63,979 nucleotides of DNA, filler included, from Diploschistes diacapsis (GCA_023645945.1; 20 parts of 20 records of this genome joined end to end with filler, not necessarily neighbours in it), one strand, 5' to 3'. Shown: positions 26,799 through 39,506, counted from the first letter of the whole stretch. A program made the numbers and translations. Notes: generated by a model from the sequence alone, not told the origin.

Positions 26799-27382
26799 AA
26801 TAAAAAACCTTCTTTCTAGAGATAGTCTAAGACCTATAACTGCTCTATTTTCTTCTCCTGCTTGCACTCCTCTTCTAAACGAGACTAAACCCACCTTGAT
26901 CAATACCTCGTGTCTACGTTGTGTTACGATCCAAGGTACTAGTCGGTAGTACTTGGCACGCAACAGCTAGTCGGGCATTTCCTAACCATTCTTTATATAT
27001 AGTTTAATCAGGGTAATAGGGATTACGTGACGAGTAAAAGGTCTAGAAGATTATTTTACTTAATTATAAATAAAAAGAAAGAACGGTAATTTTATTTATT
27101 TATTTATTTATTTACTTTATTAAAAGAATTGTTGATTATATAAGAACGTCGCCATAATCTCTATAAATCTAGGACGTGTTCACTTTCATAAATATTTCTA
27201 GTCATTACTCGGGATCAATTTATATTCGTTATCTCTATCAATAAAAAACCTTCTTTCTAGAGATAGTCTAAGACCTATAACTGCTCTATTTTCTTCTCCT
27301 GCTTGCACTCCTCTTCTAAACGAGACTAAACCCACCTTGATCAATACCTCGTGTCTACCTTGTAGAGATAGAGATCATAACA
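26799..27382 (+). mobile_element. Complete 461-bp Ty3/gypsy-type LTR (26922-27382) abutting the truncated 3' part of another copy (26799-26921)
   Basis: TGTTACGATC...GATCATAACA inverted ends. 26799-26921 is nearly identical to 27240-27362. The full copy aligns with 29688-30142. Confidence 0.85.
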
Positions 27383-27517
27383 GATGATTGAGCTAGTAGT
27401 AACGTTTCGAAAAAAATCAAAAATAACGATTAAATTTGAAGAGTTATTAAAGATTTAAAATATTTCTGGCAAAAGTGGCCGAGATGGGGGGGTGGCCGAG
27501 ATGACCGTCAAACACGT
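27383..27517. mobile_element. Fot1/pogo-type terminal inverted repeat end
   Basis: Ends ...GGTGGCCGAGATGACCGTCAAACACGT followed by TA. Confidence 0.7.
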
Positions 27518-27829
27518 TATAAATAATCTTTTTTCTTTATATGTTGCCATATTATCTTTATAATTAACGCAATAGCTGTTAATCTAGTCATATATGAAAT
27601 AATAGTTTTTATATCGGGTGTCGAGTAATACAAATTTATAATATCTTTTGAACCTTGCGTATATGATTAATTTCTCATATAAAATAAATTCCCTTACTTT
27701 ATATCTAATAAGTTCGTATTTAATATTTCCGCGTTCGTCGAGAACTGAATAATCAGGATATTTTTTATTGTTAATAATAAGAACTTTCCGCTAAAAGTAT
27801 TTTTTTTATTAATAAATCGATTATTAATA

Positions 27830-28017
27830 ACGTGTTTCACGGGGATTCCGGCCATCCCCAGATTCCAACCACCTCAAATCACTACCGCCAACATTCTACG
27901 GTTTTTAAATACAACCTATTCGTCGCAATCAAAATCTAATCGATCTAAATCGAATCTATCTTCCTCCTCTTTATCCTCCTCGATTTCAGAAATGCGACGA
28001 CGTTTTTTACGCGTTAT
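27830..28017 (-). mobile_element. Fot1/pogo 3' end (TIR plus transposase C-terminus)
   Basis: TA-ACGTGTTT...; reverse complement of 61685-61872. Confidence 0.8.
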
Positions 28018-28117
28018 NNNNNNNNNNNNNNNNNNNNNNNNNNNNNNNNNNNNNNNNNNNNTTAATTAATTAANNNNNNNNNNNNNNNNNNNNNNNNNNN
28101 NNNNNNNNNNNNNNNNN

Positions 28118-28886
28118 TAAATGACTTTTAATGAATATTTTAATAATAATATAAAAAATAATCCCCTACGATAGAAACGAAAGTAATCGAATAGTTTAAC
28201 AACGGTTCAACTAAACTTCGATAATTATCGAAAATGTTAAAATGGTTCAGCGGCGATAAACTAAATATCGATAATTATTAAAAGATCGAATAAATTTAAC
28301 AGCGAGAATAGCGGCTCTGTTAGATTTCGAAGGTTGTTGAGCTATCGATAAAATTCAGCACTAATTCAGCTAAACTTCGATATTATCGAGGAGAGAAAGA
28401 GGTCGGAAGTTTTTCGTTAATCTGACAGATAATGAATCCGGGAGCCAAGTATTTCTTATTTAAGCCTACTTTTGGCCAGCGTAATAAGGACCCGCGTTCT
28501 TTTAAAATAATATAACTTCTACCTTTAAATCTATTTATTCTAAAGTTTTATAATTTAGATTCTAAACTTTCGGATTTCTTCGATTTAAATGTTCTTTAGA
28601 TCAACGTATTCGGTCCCGCGTTCGTAACCGTTCTAACTATCGAAAGGATTTATTTCTAATAATTAAAAACGAAATGATTCGAGTAAATTAACCCCGGCTT
28701 ATAATCTATTTAACAACGTAATAAATATATTGAAGTTTAGAAATCTTATTTTAGAAAATAATTCTATTATATAGACTTTTATACTTCACGGGACTCGCTA
28801 AGCCCTATGACTTATATTATTTCTAATCGGTTTAGTCGGGATTTCATCGGATTCCATCAGGTTCAGCTAAATTAAACTAAACTGAA
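28118..28886 (-). mobile_element. Ty1/copia LTR, degenerate PBS (~28693-28705), leader and short tandem repeats
   Basis: Paralogous to 58130-58650 and 32790-33070. The PBS relic reads GATTATAAGCC. Confidence 0.7.
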
Positions 28887-29335
28887 TGTAAGGCCAAGCA
28901 AGGAGCATGCCAAGAGTCGGACAAGCGACACTCAGGGTCCTGGCTTGCGGGTACTTGAAAGGGGATTTTGCCCTTCTTACTCTCTCCTCTTCTTTAATAA
29001 TTAATCCTAGCATGAATCTACCCTACGTATAACCATCTTGCCACATTATCGTATTTCACCCTTTATAGTTTTAATTATTCTACCTTTCTTAAGGACGACG
29101 ATCCGATAAGATAGCACGTTCTTCGCAACGTACACGTAAAATAAATTCACGCAACTAAATTAAAATAAAAGAAAGTAAAGAAAAAAAAAGAAGTAAACGA
29201 TCTAGAACTACTTTATTTAATAAAAAGAATTTAAATTATATCGAATAATAAGAACGAAACTCGTAATCTAAAGATAAAGTATTAATAAACGAGTCGCTAA
29301 AATAAGAAAATGGTTTCGAATCTATATTATAAGAT
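28887..29335 (+). mobile_element. LTR-type repeat (TGTAAGGCCAAGC family) inserted into a copia LTR
   Basis: Second copy of the repeat at 21522-22123. Confidence 0.7.
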
Positions 29336-29687
29336 NNNNNNNNNNNNNNNNNNNNNNNNNNNNNNNNNNNNNNNNNNNNTTAATTAATTAANNNNNNNNN
29401 NNNNNNNNNNNNNNNNNNNNNNNNNNNNNNNNNNNGTAGTAAAATTTCGATTTTATTTAAAAAATAGAAATAAAATTTTAGGTTTATAATTCTACGACGA
29501 GGCCGTACGCTGGATTTTAGAAAACTACGAAAAACCGTTAAACATCGAGAAATTAAGACGAGAATTCAAAAAAAAATATATCTTGAAGCGGTAACGGCAG
29601 ACTAGATCTAATATCTAAACCAAATCTTCTTCGGCCCACCCACCACCCCAACCATTTCTATTAGAATAGATTGCGGATCCGACGCTT

Positions 29688-30653
29688 TGTTACGATCCAA
29701 GGTACTGGTCGGCAGTACTTGGCACGCAACAGCTAGTCGGGCACTTCCCAACTATTCCTTATATATAATCCAATCAGGGTAACACGGGTCACGTGATAAG
29801 TAAAAGGTCTAAAAGACCATTCTACCCAATCGTAAATAAAAAAAAAGAACGGTAGTTTTATTTATCTATTTATCTACTCTATTAAGAGAATTATTAGTTA
29901 TATAAAAACGTCGCCGTGGCCTTTATAAATTTAGGACGTGTTTACTTTCATAAATATCCTTAATCATTGCTCGGGATCAATCTATATTCGTTATTTCTAT
30001 CACTTAAAAAGCCTTCTTTCTAGAGATAATCTAAGATTTATAACTACTTTATCTTCTTCTTCTATTACATTCCTCTTCTAACAGAAATCAAACCCACCTT
30101 AATTTTACTCGTGTATATCTTATATAAATAAAGATCATAACACTTAAATATCTTTAAAAATAAATATTATTAATAATACAACCGGGCGATCGTCACCGAT
30201 GGCTAGATCCGCAACATCTCGCGCACTTAAAACAACAACGCTATTAAATGAAACCGATATCCGTATAAAAGACATAACGGAAACCAGAAACGACGACCCC
30301 GAAAGTAACGATAAATCTAACGAAAACAAATCGTATAAAGAACCCATTATAAAAGTTATAAAACCAATAATGTTCTATAAAAACCGAAAAAAACTAAAGC
30401 ATTAAATACTCTAATTCTAAATATACTTCTACTAAAACCCGCACATCACAAACGACCAAAAAAAACAAATAATCTTCGCCGTTAGATTCATTCGTGACCG
30501 CGTATTAACATAAATAAGACCTCACCTCGACGCATACTTAAGAAGTCAAGAAGATAATTACGAAATGTTTAAAAATTTCGCAGGGTTTAAAAAACAGGTC
30601 CGACTAACCTTCGAAATAATTAACGATAGAGAATATACAATTCGAACTGTCTC
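29688..30653 (+). mobile_element. Ty3/gypsy 5' LTR (29688-30142) followed by RIP-degraded gag
   Basis: LTR TGTTA..TAACA, then ATG at 30199 and gag-like residues (KP..FY..RKKL, QIIFAVRFIRDR.LT*, F..F.GFKK.V..TF) with stops. Confidence 0.8.
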
Positions 30654-30753
30654 NNNNNNNNNNNNNNNNNNNNNNNNNNNNNNNNNNNNNNNNNNNNTTA
30701 ATTAATTAANNNNNNNNNNNNNNNNNNNNNNNNNNNNNNNNNNNNNNNNNNNN

Positions 30754-31971
30754 GTAGTAGTGGTGGTGGTGGTGGTGGTGGTGGGCATGCGGAATGATAT
30801 GGGAGGGTGTGCTGACATTGTTGCAGAGAAGGCATCGGGTTACTGCATAGCGATCCTCATCTTCGTGCTGGTCCTGCTTCTTATCCTTGTTATCGCTATC
30901 TGAAGGCTTCGACACTACACTTTCCCGCAAAGCTTTAAGAGAAGAGCCGGAGCGCTGGCAGCACCGCTTACCACCTCTCATTCACGAGCAATGGGTCGAG
31001 AGCTGCCCGAAACCGGCGTTTCTCCCTCAGTCAAGGCTCCTTGCCCCTTCCGGCAGCAGACGCGCCCAGCAATGGAAAACTGGCCTTCATAACTTCCCAT
31101 TTTGGTTGGCCCCCCGGGCAGGATTACCCTTTCGCTTATTCTCGCAAAGGTATCACAGGTATCGAGTGGAAGAGGGGCCAGCCTGGAGCACTTGAAGTGC
31201 CTGTGAGGAGTCTCAGAAGGGGGCATAGGTTCACCAGTATATTCAGTGGGGAATAGAAAGAATGCGATATGACCGGGAGGTGATGGTGCGATTGGTGAAG
31301 AGCTGCGCATTGAGAAGGCGAATTGGGAGGGGAGGAGTCCAGTGGACTCAGTTCGTATGCTTTGCTGGGTGATAATAGGAACGTAGGCTGGTAACTTTTG
31401 ACATTGTTACCATGATGCGTGATGGAGGTCTAGGGATGGGCTATCAAAAACGCGTGCGCACAATATGGACATGATGTAATAACATTGCTACACAATGGCC
31501 GTGCCGAATCAATCTAAATGCCTTTTCAGCTCTACCTTTTTGTTTCAATGTAAAATAACACGGACAATAAGATGCATGACTGGGTCATATTATCTTAATT
31601 TTTGAAAAAGTACGTCGAACCTCCATCCGGGGGGATAAGGCGTCCACAATCCCAAGATCCAAAAAAAAAAATCCGAAGAAAGCAGCCAAAGGGACTCACG
31701 TCGCAGCAGCAGCACAGCATGATGGCCGCAAAACAACATCCTCCTACCAACTGACTAGGGGGAAAATAAAGAATAAAAAAAAAAAATAGCTCCAAGAAGT
31801 CATTCCGAAGGAGCCCCCCGAAGCGTCATCCAGCCAAACCGCCTCTGTATCTCGTTCCAGCAGCGGCGGCGGCGGCGGCGGCGGCGGCTACTCAGCTTCC
31901 TCATCTCTCGATCCCTTCCCTCCCAATCCACGAGAGAAAAAGCCGACGATGGCCCCCCCCTTGCCCTACCC
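30754..31971. other. Small non-RIP, normal-GC contig bounded by microsatellites ((GGT)n ~30760-30783; (GGC)n ~31863-31888); no assignable gene
   Basis: Its composition differs from the neighbouring short contigs, and its ORFs show no recognisable domain. Confidence 0.5.
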
Positions 31972-32071
31972 NNNNNNNNNNNNNNNNNNNNNNNNNNNNN
32001 NNNNNNNNNNNNNNNTTAATTAATTAANNNNNNNNNNNNNNNNNNNNNNNNNNNNNNNNNNNNNNNNNNNN

Positions 32072-32789
32072 AGATAAGATAGACCGAAAATTTACGTATG
32101 GACACATCTTTTAGTTATATGATGGCCCAATATTATGAATAAGCAAGAAATAAAGTTTAGTTTCCATCTCGACAACTAAAGCTGAATATATTAGATTATT
32201 ATATAACGTAAAGTAGGCCGTATAATACGTATAATTCTTAAAAGATATTAAATATTTAAAATTTATAAGATTATTTTTATTTATTATTAAATTAGTAGGA
32301 AACAATATTGGTTCTTTAGATCTAATAAAGCACGCGAGGATCAACGATAGATCAAAACATATCGATATTATTTATCATTATATACGGGACCTAGTCAAAC
32401 GAAGCCGTATTAATATTATTTACATACCCACAGACAAGATAGTTGCCGACGAATTAACGAAACCACTAAACTACGCCAAGCACGACATATTCATTAAAAA
32501 ACTTAAATTAGTACAGAAGGCATCCAGCTAGACTAAATAAATATGCCGATAATTCCGCCCGTGAAAAAGTGTTAAACAGACAGGCAAAATGCATGGTTGG
32601 AAAGTTCAGCTGAACCTTAAGTTCAGGTTCAGTTCAGCTGAACCTACTGGGGTTCCTGCTAATCCTAATCGGGAGTAGTGCAAGTCTATAGGGCTTAGTG
32701 GATCCTATTGGTATAAGAGCTTATATGTAGACTCTTCCTTCTAGTTAGAACTCTAGATATCTAGACTTCAATACATGCGTTGCCCAGAA
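32072..32789 (+). mobile_element. Ty1/copia RNase H, PPT and 3' LTR (starts 32570)
   Basis: SISTTKAEY, RSKHIDIIYHYIRD, YIPTDK.VAD.LTKPL motifs. Confidence 0.9.
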
Positions 32790-33071
32790 ATTATTATTAA
32801 AAGATTCGACTAAATTTAGCAGCGTAAATATCGATATTATTAAATATCGAAAAATTAACGAAAGATTCGATTAAATCCAATAACGAAAATAACGATACTA
32901 TTAATTATCGAAAATTAACGAGATAATCGATAGAGTTTAGTATTAAATTTAATTAAACTTCGATTCTTATTGGGAAAAAAGAGAAAAAATGGTTTTTCGT
33001 TGATTTAATAAATAATAAATCCGGAAACCAAGTATTTCTTATTTAGATTTATTTTTGACCAGCGTAATAAA

Positions 33072-33289
33072 TAGGCTGGCCGTTTCGTGCCACGGTCACT
33101 AACACGGACACTGCAACAAAAATTTTCAAAACACGGATACTGACACGAACACGACAGCTAAAATTTTAAAACACGGATACTAACACGGATACTATATTAT
33201 TGTTACGATCCAAGTGACTGGGTGGTAATCCATTTGGCACTTCATAGCTGATCGGGCCTAACCTAACCACTCCTTATATATAGTCTAAT
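33072..33289 (+). mobile_element. hAT-like MITE end (33072-33200) interrupted by a TGTTACGATCC-family LTR (33201-)
   Basis: Both termini are recognised from other copies in the window. Confidence 0.75.
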
Positions 33290-33389
33290 NNNNNNNNNNN
33301 NNNNNNNNNNNNNNNNNNNNNNNNNNNNNNNNNTTAATTAATTAANNNNNNNNNNNNNNNNNNNNNNNNNNNNNNNNNNNNNNNNNNNN

Positions 33390-34690
33390 ATAACGGTTTT
33401 TTATAATAAAGAAACCCGGGAGAAATATGAACGAAAAACGGACGTTACGATTAACGTCGTTTTTATTTGCGACGATAAGGTTTATTTAGAAAAAAAATGA
33501 CGGATTCGGACGGAAATATAGAAATATTACGTTCGATATTTTTATTTAATTTTTTTTTAAATTTCCGATATTAATAACGTCGAGATCTGGTATTAAGTTC
33601 TGAAACACGGGTAGGCCGTTAAAATGTCCGGATGGAACCTCGCCGGCCTAATAGAACGCCTTGTATCTTATGTTCGGAAATACGACTTACGGGCGGAATA
33701 AACGGAGTTAAAATTCCGTTCCGTATATATAACGTAATGTTTATTTTAATTCGAGATACGCGCGTTATTCGTTCTCGTTTAAAAGTTTTACGTTAAAAAA
33801 TTAAAAAAAACGATAAAACGTTTAAAAATTAAACGTTCGATTCGCGCGTTCGTCGACGCTATTCATTACGATTATTTATTTTAACGGAATTATTAATTTT
33901 TTTATAAATATATTTAATAATATAAGTACGTTTTCGGAAACGTATTTACGAATAAGATTTAAACGGAGTTTATTAGGATGTTCGAGAACGTCGATTTTAA
34001 AATTTATAAGGATCTAAAGGTCGAACGTTTTTAATAAAACGACGAAAAAGAATTCGCGACGTTCCGGACGCGTCGGTTATAAATTAAATTTTTTTTTTTT
34101 ACGTTATTAAGTTAATTATGATTATAATAAAAGGAATTTTTTTCTTTTTTCGACGAAGCGTTCTGGCGTTTCGAAAAGAATCTCGCCGGTAAAGCGTCGG
34201 ACGTCCGGGACGTCACGATACGCGATTAAATAATTACGTTAATTAATATTATCGGTATAATACGGAAAGAAGCGGTAAAGGGCTTATAAACGAAAATTAA
34301 GAAAATATCGTAAACGTAATGCTCGGAAACGGAATTTTAATTACGACGAGACGGGGTTACGAAGTCGTAAATGGAAAAAAAGACGGAAAAACTCGTTATC
34401 GATAATGATTAAACGGAACTATCGGCGTATGAAAAGAGGTTAACGATAAGAACGGGCGTTAAAACGATAAAAAAGGATTAAAAAGGTTTATTAAGTTATA
34501 TCGCGTCTATTTATATATTTATTAATAAAATAAAATTATAAATAATTTTTTTTTTTAAATAATTAAAATTATATAATAAAAAAATTAAGAATATTTATAA
34601 TTTTATATGATTTATATATATTTTGAGGTATCGCGGGTGCGCGGGAGCTACCTACCCTATTAAGCTTAAAGGAATAAAAAAAAAAAATTT
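33390..34690. repeat. Very AT-rich, CpG-retaining degenerate repeat (probable RIP-eroded element of unknown class)
   Basis: Most remaining C and G lie in CG or CCG/CGG contexts, there are many stops, and composition returns abruptly to normal near 34700. Confidence 0.65.
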
Positions 34691-34962
34691 CCGTTAGAAT
34701 AACTGCGCCCCTTTCTTGGCATGGACGATGTACCTTTACACCAGCGAAGTAGAGCTCTTTAGTTGGACACTTCTTTGAAATATTCAATGCATTGTGTAGC
34801 TGACGTTGCGTTCGAGTTGCTAATGAGGAATCTCTCCGTCGCTCAAATTGACTATCAGAGGTGCATGTTGGGTTCAGCGTTAGAAGGAAACGCAAGGTAA
34901 CCCTGTAGAACTATAATCAATTCCCGTTTGCCGGTGGTATCTTCAGTAATAACAATGGTATG

Positions 34963-35693
34963 CTACATGCTTAGCGCCATGATAGAGTTGACAATGTCAT
35001 TATCATGTTCTTTGAGCGCTTTGATGGCCTTCTTCCGTGATACACTTGCTTGGGCCATCACAAGCTCGATATCCTTGGCCTCAACGCCAGTGTCGTCTAC
35101 TTCCTCGTCGTCATCGTCATCCTCTTCTTCTTTCTTTGCCGGAGTCTTGTCGACCGCTTTGCCCTTCCCACTGTCGTGCGTGTGGCCAGCATGATCCCCG
35201 GACTGACCCTCAGCAGCGGCGAGTTGCGATGCAGCATTGGCTTGCGCTTGTGAATTCAGGTCCTCGATCTTAGCTTCGCCGAAAATGCTACAACAGTCTT
35301 AATACCTTTGCCTTAGGGTAAGCTAGGGAGTACCCTTACATGTAGGTGTTGCTATTTGGTGACTTGTAGACGTCGGGGTTGCTGATCACAAACAAGATCT
35401 GTGCTTCTCTGTCAGCTCCTGTTCCTCACGCTTCATCGTTCAGAAGAGCTCACGTTCTTCGGTCTGCGAAGAGTCACGCGGGTAATTCCGGGAATATGCT
35501 TCAAGCCAAGCTTTGCAATGGCCCTACGAGCCTTTTTTTCGTTCCGCGAGTGAACAGTAACTGTAGAACCAGCTCCTGGACCTCCGGTTTCGCCAGTATC
35601 TACTTCAGATTCTGAGCTGCTTGATGCGTCTTCAACGTCAGCTTTCTTAGAAGGCGCATCGTCCGGCAGCTCCTCGATTCGTGGGTTTGACAT
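34963..35693 (-). CDS. EGD2: Nascent polypeptide-associated complex subunit alpha
   Basis: MSNPRIEEL..., [55 protein letters not shown] and a C-terminal UBA-like end ([10 protein letters not shown]). Introns 35399-35453 and 35288-35339; probable 5'UTR intron 35705-35826. Confidence 0.95.
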
Positions 35694-36470
35694 CTTGCAA
35701 AGACCTAGTTTGAGCACATCAGCATTCGGGTAGCTTCACGGGTTTGGGTGCCTCATCAGAGTGCCACATCAAAGGTGCAGCGCTCAAGCAACCGACCAGT
35801 CTTCATATATAATGCTAATGACTTACCACTTCTCACGCGCGTCAGATGTCCAAGTTCTTCAACGCAAATAAATGAAGCTTAAAGATTGAAAGTTCCAAGT
35901 CCATAGTTGTGTGGAGCTTGAGGTCGCTGCCGAAACGACGCTAGACATGGAAGACCGCCCGGGTCGCTGGGGTCATGCTGTTTGGCACTGGGGGCAGCTA
36001 GTCAAGCCTCCTGTACCGCCGTCACGTGCTACTATTCCTATAAGCTGGATACTGAATACTTGTAGGTCCATATGCATCAATTAAGCTAGTGGGAAATCAG
36101 CAGGCCAACTACTTGATACATGCTAGGCAGGTTCAGGTTATTTTGACTTGAATTGTGATACATGTCCCGTGCCAATGATTGCATGGGCTACTATTAGGCG
36201 GCTTCAGCAGCTTGAACAATTGAGGAAATAGGCCACACCGGCTGCACCTCTGAGGGAGGAGAAGTAGGCGTGCCAGTGAGAAGCCCATTACCTATGACCC
36301 ACGAATCTTGAAGGGATAGATAGTACAAGATACATGATGTCACGGAGGGATGGTATCTTTGATTCAAAGTCCCGGTCAGAGACCCTCAAGTAACGCCCAT
36401 ATGCAGACCCCGTGAAGCTTGACCAAGTATAATGCCGCTCCAGACGACAAATCCCAGCTTGACGTTTACC

Positions 36471-37054
36471 CTAAGCCGCCTTCCTTTCTGTAGCTTGAGC
36501 TCTCCTGATCTGAAAGCGAGCCTGTCCATATATCATTAGCAGCTGCTCGGACAATCGTTGTTTGGGCTTGGTGGTTGGTATTTAGGGAAAAGATCCATAT
36601 GAATTAGCGCTGCCGTGATAACTTACCTGTTTGCGTAGCCGCATAACCTTGAAGCGTTCAAAATCGGTCAGGTTCCTTCTCTTTTCACGTTGCTGGTTGG
36701 TTTTGAACCATGCGCTTTCGCTCCACTTGGATTCAATTTCTTCCTTCTCCCACGCCTTCGATAGCGGCCCTCGGCCAATGGCACGAGGAATTTTCAGCAC
36801 AAGAGGCGTGAGGATAAGGTTGGAGAGCGGTTCGGAATGACGAGGAACAGGGTGGTCCCCCGAGGGACCATCAACAAGAACCTATCGTGATCAGCCGCTT
36901 TCCGATTAGATCTATTCGAAGTCCGTACGCGCTTATGATCCACAATCTCGATAATAGTTGCAAGACGACCAGCATAGATGCCACGCATGAACAATGCGAC
37001 CCGGCCAACTTGCACCGTCTTCCATGACGATGCTTTCACGTCAACTTCTGCCAT
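36471..37054 (-). CDS. RPL14: 60S ribosomal protein L14 (eL14)
   Basis: WKTVQVGRVA..GRLATIIEIVDHKRVLVDGP, LTDFERFKVMRLRKQ. Introns 36882-36928 and 36522-36626; probable 5'UTR intron ~37064-37117. Confidence 0.95.
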
Positions 37055-38098
37055 TTTGGCGCCCTGAGAGTTCGAGTTAGGTGGAAAGCCTCAAGCACCT
37101 TCTTAGCAGTAACTCACCACGATTAATGGTTTTGGGGGGATATTTATGGTGCAGTGCAATTTGGAGCAGACTCAAGAGATAAAATAAACTTCGGTGTTAA
37201 GCAAATTGACGTTGTGCGGGCGCTAGTGAAGTGTGCAGGGTTTACGGAGAAGCTATTTTACCGACCTTTCTATGGCATAAAAATTTCCTTCTTCTCTGAA
37301 CCAAGCTTCACTTCTTGCACTTCGAGTTTGCCATGAAGAAAATACCTGGACATTTGCCCTTCGATGTGGCTACTTTACAGGATATAGCACTCGAGATTTC
37401 TTCGTCTTTCCATTCATAGTCTCGCTAGCTTCTCTAGGATATTGTATCAGTGAAGCTTGTTCAACGTTGCCGCTTTGTGGAGTCTCGAGATCATGATGGT
37501 TGATCACTTTTAGCCTCAGCTCTTTAAGACTTTGAGAATTTATTGACATCTAATTACGATGCAGAACAGCCCTAGAGTCCTGAACCATGTCCACGTTTGT
37601 AAGTTAACATCACTTGTATACACTGGCCTTCATGATGTTATAATTTGCGATTGAGCCCTGTGCCGTGAGTCTCTCGCCAGAGTCTCGATACGGGACTGGG
37701 CATTTGATAGATAATTCTCACATATTCTGAACTTGGATATCTTCCTCTTGAGCATATGAATAAAGATAGCAATATATGCTAACTGTGGCAAGGGAAAAAG
37801 ATCGGCCTGAGGGTTAGATATCCATATAGGATCCTCGAAGAAGGGCGTTATTAGTGGACTGAGTCTTGACACAATGTTATTCAGGTAAGCTCATTTCACT
37901 CTCGCTTGTTTGCTCAATGATTATACCCATATGCACTAGATAGTAAGTGATTCTCAGAAAGATGATCGTATCCAATACACCAAGATCACTGAGGGCACTC
38001 GTTCAATTTCATCCTCATTCGCTTCTTATCGCTCGGAACTGACTGCTTTGAAGACGTTTCCACAGAACCATATTCCTCAATAGATGCTGCAGCAATTT

Positions 38099-39506
38099 CT
38101 AATGGAATCCTGCGAAATCTACCTGCGGAACTGCCTTCTCGTGCGCCCCTTTGACGCCTCCGCTCTGCCAACCGTGCTCCTTCCATGCCCAGTTGCGATC
38201 CTTCTCCTCGCCATTGCTCACTCCATTGATGACATTAGAGGTATATTTGCCGATCGTGGGCAAGAATTTCCAGCTATGGAAGCTTCCACCTACTGTCAAA
38301 TACAAATTGCTCAGTCTTACGTTAGGGTGCTGCGTAATAAGCTGGTGTTGTTCTGGGGTAATCGCGTCCCAGCATAGCCGCCAGTATGATATCTCGGTGT
38401 CATTTTTTAGAAGGGACGGCATGACCGTTGCAACTGTGTCAAGCGCATGTTTCTTCAAGCCCTCGGGGATGTTGTATTGCGAATCCTCTGGATGGGGAGG
38501 TGCAGAGATGCTTCGTCCCGACGCGAGAATGGTCTTGTTCATGAAGCTCTCAGCCCAGACCATCTTGAGCAAGCCCTTGGGCGACGGAGGTTGAAACTCG
38601 CCTACGAGTCAGGCATCGTCAACAATCATTCGCTTTACTCAATAGGAAAAAGATCGAAATGCCGAAATTGTGGTACGCACCGCTTTCTCCATATATGACA
38701 ACAGGCATATCTGCATACTTTTGCTTGTCGTCTTCATTCAGATTCCAATGAACAGCGACCACACCGGCAGCCTTTACTTGTGATTCCATCCGTTGCTCCT
38801 CTTCGAGTTCTAGGCGATCTTCAAGCGGAGACATGATCTTGCTTGTCCATGCTCCTGTCGCCAAAACAACCTTTTCAGCTTCAAGGATTCTTCCATCTGC
38901 AAGTTCTGCACCTCTAATACCTTCTCCACTGCTGTTGAGAACCAAACTTGCAATTTCCCCTTGGCAATATTTCACTGACCCTTTGCCTAATTCAAGTGTT
39001 TCACACAACATAGCAGCGACCGCTTTATCGGCTTCCACCCAGCCCGCACCGGGGTTGAAATAAGCACTTTTGATTCCACTTGTGCTCATGTCCCGGAGTA
39101 CTCCATTCCATTTCGCTCTCGCTTCGTCTAAACTTACATCTTGAGTAATGTCCGTCCTCCCAGCCGTCTGGAAGTTCTCCCGTATTCGTTCGGCACGGTC
39201 TGAGCCTTCTTCACTAATTGCAATCCATCCGGATCGATGATAATACTTGCTGATAAGGTCCGAGGAGCTCCATACTTCAATGGCTTCATGGGCCAGATCC
39301 ATGTAGAAGGGAACTGTGTAGTCTGCTCGTACAATCTTGTTGATATCATAGGAGGCACCAAGTCCAGCGTCTGGAGCACCTGCATCTGGGACAGGAAATG
39401 GATGCCTGTCAATTACAGTTATCGACAATCGAGGGTTCTCTTTGGTGAGATAGTATGCTGTGGAGGTTCCGAAGATGCCAGCACCCAGGATCAAAACGTT
39501 ATCCAT
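38099..39506 (-). CDS. FAD-dependent oxidoreductase, sarcosine/pipecolate/fructosyl-amine oxidase family
   Basis: N-terminal GAGIFG dinucleotide-binding motif, AS.DINKIVRADY, LATGAWT, RLCWDA.TP and GGSFHSWKFLP.IG. Intron 38602-38680. Confidence 0.9.

Noticed and set aside
30706..31310. Poly-His ORF or a structured ncRNA in the normal-GC short contig
   Set aside because: The His run is a (CAC)n microsatellite at a contig end, and I found no diagnostic snRNA, RNase P/MRP or telomerase motifs.
20201..33289. A contiguous AT-rich centromere, TE island or giant mobile element (e.g. Starship)
   Set aside because: It consists of separate ~1.2-kb contigs placed by name order, and no tyrosine-recombinase captain gene was seen.
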